This document shows, piece after piece, positions 54,657 through 58,751 of a stretch of DNA of 58,751 nt. Each line of letters opens with the position of its first letter. Within the stretch, counting starts at the first letter, position 1. Below the pieces are notes generated by a model. The model saw only the letters and a list, made by a program, of their open reading frames with translations, searched no databases and was not told the origin of the DNA. Origin of the DNA: a virus (Duplodnaviria > Caudoviricetes); IMG/VR virus record IMGVR_UViG_3300035190_001906, positions 1 through 58,751 of that record; one strand, 5' to 3'. Both the position numbers and the translations under genes were made by a program.

Positions 54657-55618
54657 TGCCAAACGTAAAACATAGAAGGGGGACGACAGCTAAGAATAAC
54701 GCATACACTGGACTTGAGGGTGAATTAACTGTTGATTTAGAAAGAAAAACAGCCAGAATACATGATGGGATTCAATCAGGAGGATTTTCCTTGGCTAAAG
54801 AGGAAGTCACTGAAACTGTACTATCAAATTCAAGTGCAATTATTACCCTCCAAAATCGAGTTTTCGAGTTAGAAAATACAGTTGATACTTTGATTTCGGG
54901 ATTGAAAGTATTGAGTGCAGTCCGCGTTGATACTACTGCTAACTTGACCTCCAGTTACAACAGTACAAATAAAACTTTAACCAATACCGGAACTCTGGCT
55001 GCTCTTGTGATTGACGGAGTTACCTTGGCCCTTAATGATCGGGTACTGGTTAGCAATCAAACCACAGCATCTCAAAACGGAATTTATACCGTTACAACAG
55101 TTGGGTCAGTGTCAGTTGCTTGGGTTTTAACTCGCGCTACTGATGCCGACACTAGCGCAGAAGTGGTTAATGGGATTTACACCTTTGTCTCCGAAGGTAC
55201 GATTAACGCCAACAGAGGATTTGTATTAATTACCCCAAATACAATTACCCTCGACACAACTGCCTTGACTTTTACACAAGTTACCGCAGCCGGACAGGTT
55301 GCGGGAGGGGCAGGATTGACTCGCACGGGTAACGTGGTAGATGTTGTGACTGCTTCCAGTTCTCGGATTGTAGTTAACGCTGATAGTATCGACTTGGCGA
55401 CAACAGGAGTTGTTGCAGGAACCTATCGATCAGTTCAGGTTGATACCTATGGTCGAGCGATCGCGGGTTCTAACCCATCAAGAACTGGATGGACAGCTTC
55501 AACTGGAACTGCCACAAGATCAGCGCTCGCAACATCAACTGCCACAACAACTCAAGTCGCAGAAAGGCTAAAAGCCTTGATTGATGACTTGATAGCACTC
55601 GGAATTTTAGGAGTTTAA
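54656..55618 (+). CDS. Tail fibre protein (Mtd_N-like N-terminus, COG5301-like domain)
   Basis: HRRGTT...GELTVD...IHDG...GG; paralogous to the previous gene. Confidence 0.85.
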   Translation: MPNVKHRRGTTAKNNAYTGLEGELTVDLERKTARIHDGIQSGGFSLAKEEVTETVLSNSSAIITLQNRVFELENTVDTLISGLKVLSAVRVDTTANLTSSYNSTNKTLTNTGTLAALVIDGVTLALNDRVLVSNQTTASQNGIYTVTTVGSVSVAWVLTRATDADTSAEVVNGIYTFVSEGTINANRGFVLITPNTITLDTTALTFTQVTAAGQVAGGAGLTRTGNVVDVVTASSSRIVVNADSIDLATTGVVAGTYRSVQVDTYGRAIAGSNPSRTGWTASTGTATRSALATSTATTTQVAERLKALIDDLIALGILGV

Positions 55619-55619
55619 T

Positions 55620-55916
55620 ATGGCAATATCTGTTGCTCCGATATCTAATTTGCCCTTACATCAAAACTGTGCAAATCATTTTATTAACCTACCTTGTGAA
55701 CGCGAGCCTGAGAGCGTGGGATTAAATCTAGGCAACGGTTTGTCCAATACTTTTGTAGTCAAAACCGGATTTGAAATCATAAATTGGTGGGTTGTTGACA
55801 ATGAATCAGGGGAACAAGTGGAAGCGGACTTTTACCCAGAAAAAGAACAGTTGACAATCATTTTTTCCGTACCGCCCACGGTTGGTAAATATAAGTTAAT
55901 GCTTATAAAGAAATAA
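55620..55916 (+). CDS. Small fibre-associated protein
   Basis: GNGLSNTFVV...LTIIFSVPP...YKL resembles the C-terminal domain of 50908 and 51784. Confidence 0.6.
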   Translation: MAISVAPISNLPLHQNCANHFINLPCEREPESVGLNLGNGLSNTFVVKTGFEIINWWVVDNESGEQVEADFYPEKEQLTIIFSVPPTVGKYKLMLIKK

Positions 55917-55918
55917 AT

Positions 55919-56185
55919 ATGATTATCATCTTTTTTATCCTACTTATTCACGGCTTACTCGTAATATCTATTGGAGTTATACTGAGGCAAGATAAACTAA
56001 CGTTGTCTAGGCAACTCAGTCCCTTGCTGATCGGTTTAGGTATTCAGTCTTGTGATGCAATTGTATCTATCGTAAATCGGGAGATTTTTGAGACTATTCT
56101 AATGGCAACAACATTTTTTAACTTATTTTTCTGTATTCAGCTTATTACTGAACTAAAAGCGATTATCCGTAGAAAAAATGATTAA
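55919..56185 (+). CDS. Small three-TM membrane protein (holin candidate)
   Basis: Hydrophobic segments, basic C-terminus, position after the fibre genes. Confidence 0.5.
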   Translation: MIIIFFILLIHGLLVISIGVILRQDKLTLSRQLSPLLIGLGIQSCDAIVSIVNREIFETILMATTFFNLFFCIQLITELKAIIRRKND

Positions 56186-56690
56186 GGAAACTGGTATGTC
56201 AAGATGGAATACAACCAGAAGGGTTCTTTTGGGAAAAGAATACGCAACGATTTTTGCTTGCATCTCCACCGTGGTTAGGCATATTGCTAACAACCCTGAA
56301 GCATTTTTAATGTTTACTACAGCATTGTTTTGGAACTCTTTTAGTATGGGAGATGAAATTTTTGCGTATATCAAAGCCTATGAATCCATTCAAAGCCACC
56401 AAATATTTGTGGGGTTTTTTGTTTTCTTGAGTCAGAATGTTAGTCTTTTCAGGGGCTTTATGCTAGGACTAGGAGGAGGTGCTATTGGTTTGTATATTAT
56501 TCCCCCCGATGGAGATAAAATGAGATGGTATTTATTATTTTCTTTCGTTTGCACTTTATTTCTTTTATTCGTAAGATTGCCAATAGCAATTATTCTTGGA
56601 TCAAAGTTGCAGATACTTTTGATAACTTTTTGCTTAATCTCTGGTTATACTTTTCGCCACCAGTGGGTAAGTCATCTCAAGGACTATTAA
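56178..56690 (+). CDS. Multi-pass membrane protein
   Basis: Several hydrophobic segments; start overlaps the upstream gene. Confidence 0.6.
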   Translation: MIKETGMSRWNTTRRVLLGKEYATIFACISTVVRHIANNPEAFLMFTTALFWNSFSMGDEIFAYIKAYESIQSHQIFVGFFVFLSQNVSLFRGFMLGLGGGAIGLYIIPPDGDKMRWYLLFSFVCTLFLLFVRLPIAIILGSKLQILLITFCLISGYTFRHQWVSHLKDY

Positions 56691-57151
56691 TAGCTTTTGT
56701 TTTATTGAGTCAAGCAACCCCTTCTTCTACGAGCGATCGCACTCAAGTAGATAGTCATAATTTTAACAATGAACTAATAGCATTGGCATCTATTTTTATT
56801 TCAACAATTCCGTTGATTATTGCTCAGTTTGTAAGACTAAATAGAGATACAATCAAGACTGCTATTGTAAACAATAAAATGCGGCTAGACGAAATTAGTC
56901 TTCAAAGCCAGCAAAAAGATCAAAAAATCTCAGAAATTGAAATTAGGATTATGTCGGCGAACGATACAATAACAGTTCTCAAGGAACAAATTATTGATTT
57001 AAAATCCGAAATCAGTAACCGCAACTTACTTTTTAGCCACATCTCAACAATAATTCAAATTTCTTTAAGAGAAGACAACCTAGAACAAATCAAAAATCAA
57101 CTAGCTTCAATTATTGCAATGATTGAAAATAATCAGCCAAAGTCAAAATAA
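56525..57151 (+). CDS. Membrane-anchored coiled-coil protein (lysis-module candidate); true start possibly GTG at 56663
   Basis: TM segment LIALASIFISTIPLIIAQFV followed by a heptad-rich region; start uncertain because of the 166-nt overlap. Confidence 0.55.
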   Translation: MVFIIFFRLHFISFIRKIANSNYSWIKVADTFDNFLLNLWLYFSPPVGKSSQGLLIAFVLLSQATPSSTSDRTQVDSHNFNNELIALASIFISTIPLIIAQFVRLNRDTIKTAIVNNKMRLDEISLQSQQKDQKISEIEIRIMSANDTITVLKEQIIDLKSEISNRNLLFSHISTIIQISLREDNLEQIKNQLASIIAMIENNQPKSK

Positions 57152-57394
57152 TTAATTTTCTATATATTTTGAGAAGGAATTGGATTGATTTAATATTTTC
57201 ACTTCTTGACCCGCCTTTAGATCATCGTAAACAGACCCCACTCGGTTATTCCAAAGGAATTGGCGGAATCTATCAGGGTTTCCGTCATTGTCCAAAAGGA
57301 AAACTGGGAGGGGTCTACCGTCATAAACTGTAGTTTCATAAGGTATCCTAGAAATATCCCTCCCGTAAATCACCGGGGCGGATGGTCGATTCAT
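57152..57394 (-). CDS. LysM/tail protein X (gpX)-like protein
   Basis: DGNPDRFRQFLWNN...DDLKAGQEVKI resembles the LysM/gpX pattern; start at 57394 or 57424. Confidence 0.55.
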   Translation of the reverse strand: MNRPSAPVIYGRDISRIPYETTVYDGRPLPVFLLDNDGNPDRFRQFLWNNRVGSVYDDLKAGQEVKILNQSNSFSKYIEN

Positions 57395-57422
57395 GCTACG
57401 CTTCTGCAATTCTTCTAAACTC

Positions 57423-58751
57423 ATGACATACCCATCTAATTACGACTATAATTTACCAGAAGAAACGACTACAGGGCTTCCCGATTACCGACTTACAAAT
57501 TTAGTTGGGTGGGATCGTCCTAATAAGATTGACATATATAACGATAATTTTAACGCGAGTTTTACAAGAAAAAGGAACCCAGAGCGAGTTGAAGACTTTA
57601 CTCCTAAGCAGTTTCGACAATGGTGTGAGCAGCAACCTTTGTTTGCAAAGGCATTGGAGAAAGTCAGTGATGGTGTAGCTTTATTGCCTTGGACTGTTTA
57701 CGATCACAAAAACAAAGATGATTCGGATGTAGTTGATGAGAAAATCATCCGAATTGAGGCATCTATTGAAAATCCGAACTTTTTCCCTCAAGGGACTTAT
57801 TTTGAAACAACTAAAAAAGCTATTAAGGATTTATTGATTTTTGGGACAACTTTTGTCGAACGTCAACCTGGCATAACTAACGATCCTAAAGCTAATTCAT
57901 TTAGCTGGTATTCTCTACCCGCAGAAGATTTGGTATTTAATCCCGAATGGGAGCCACACATTGAAGGCCTGATTCCACAGTTTTACTATTACCCCCAAAA
58001 TCAATGGGGAAAAGTGATTTACGAAAAATCCCGTGCTTATTTCTCGGAAAATATTTTCATGATCCAGCACAGAGTAAGCAATGGTAGTCTGTCAGCGATG
58101 TCTCCTGCTAAGTTGGCTTATAAGGAAATGTGCGAGTGGTCTGAAGCTAGAAATTACCAGAATCGAGTTGCGTCTAACCCTGTTAGGGATTATTTGATTT
58201 GCTTAAAAGATGGGACTCAAGAAGAACTTGAATTATTTAGATCTCATTGGAGAAACAATGTTACCGGAACGGGTAAGCATGAAATTGTTTCGGGTGATAT
58301 TGATATTAAAAAATTAGGGGCAAAAACCGTCGATGACCTGATGTTGGAGTTTACGAATTATCTAGCCAATATCATTGCCCTGTGTTTCAATATTGACAAG
58401 CGAGACTTTGGGGTTGATCCTCACGATAATCGGGCAACACTTGATACGGCAAGCGATCGCACTTTCCAAGAATCCATCCTCCCAGTTAGCACTCTTTACC
58501 TCAAGGCATTGAGTACAAACCTGGTTAACTATTACCAACCAGGATATGCTATTAAAATTAGTGACACCGAACCCCGCAAAGAATCCGAGGAGGCTTCTGT
58601 TGCCCGTGATCTATTTAAAGAAAATATTATTACCAAGGATGAGGCTAGACGTAGGGTTAAAGAAAATCCATTACCACCTGAAGTTGGGAATAAATTTGCT
58701 GATGGTAAGTCGATGGATGGAAAAAATGATCCGCAACAACCAACAAGTTAA
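57423..58751 (+). CDS. Phage portal protein (HK97-like)
   Basis: V..LPW.VY, IENPN, DLLIFGTTFVE, MSP...A, IALCFNI...FG, IITKDEARRRV...PLP pattern; likely start MTYPSN at 57423. Confidence 0.88.
   Translation: MTYPSNYDYNLPEETTTGLPDYRLTNLVGWDRPNKIDIYNDNFNASFTRKRNPERVEDFTPKQFRQWCEQQPLFAKALEKVSDGVALLPWTVYDHKNKDDSDVVDEKIIRIEASIENPNFFPQGTYFETTKKAIKDLLIFGTTFVERQPGITNDPKANSFSWYSLPAEDLVFNPEWEPHIEGLIPQFYYYPQNQWGKVIYEKSRAYFSENIFMIQHRVSNGSLSAMSPAKLAYKEMCEWSEARNYQNRVASNPVRDYLICLKDGTQEELELFRSHWRNNVTGTGKHEIVSGDIDIKKLGAKTVDDLMLEFTNYLANIIALCFNIDKRDFGVDPHDNRATLDTASDRTFQESILPVSTLYLKALSTNLVNYYQPGYAIKISDTEPRKESEEASVARDLFKENIITKDEARRRVKENPLPPEVGNKFADGKSMDGKNDPQQPTS

Larger units (their letters stand above)
1..58751. 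mobile_element. Morphogenesis region of a large contractile-tailed cyanobacterial phage/prophage (or phage-plasmid)
   Basis: TMP, sheath, tube, baseplate, fibres, head-tail adaptor and portal are all present; no host housekeeping genes; HIP1 (GCGATCGC) at more than 1 per kb points to a cyanobacterial host. Confidence 0.9.

Noticed and set aside
1-58751. tRNA/rRNA genes, IS transposases, integrase, alternative genetic code
   Set aside because: None recognised; long ORFs are intact under the standard bacterial code with high coding density.

Overview
AT-rich (about 38-40% GC by eye) segment of a large tailed phage or prophage of a cyanobacterium. The cyanobacterial HIP1 palindrome GCGATCGC occurs roughly 65 times by manual count. 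The window holds virion morphogenesis genes for a contractile-tailed (myovirus-type) particle: an 8,060-aa tape measure protein (TMP), a 996-aa tail sheath, tail tube, P2 gpI-like baseplate protein, LysM/gpX-like protein, head-tail adaptors, a GH19 + NlpC/P60-CHAP-like lysin, a cluster of modular tail fibre genes, putative lysis membrane proteins and an HK97-type portal. Two accessory islands interrupt them. The first (24.5-26.9 kb) holds a membrane protein followed by four unannotated hydrophobic micro-proteins separated by a repeated RNA hairpin with compensatory changes, plus a poly-Asp/Glu protein. The second (41.6-44.8 kb) holds a DUF3150-like protein, a Dam-type methylase and a Mom-like protein. 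The most notable items are: the giant TMP, with a 17-aa motif repeated five times exactly and an implied tail of up to about 1.2 micrometres; two inverted paralogues with a conserved N-terminus and unrelated C-termini (polymorphic-effector-like); the hairpin-punctuated micro-protein array; and a CCTAAAACGGG hairpin upstream of four structural transcription units. No capsid, terminase, integrase, RNA genes or CRISPR array are visible. All protein calls come from motif recognition by eye, not from database searches.
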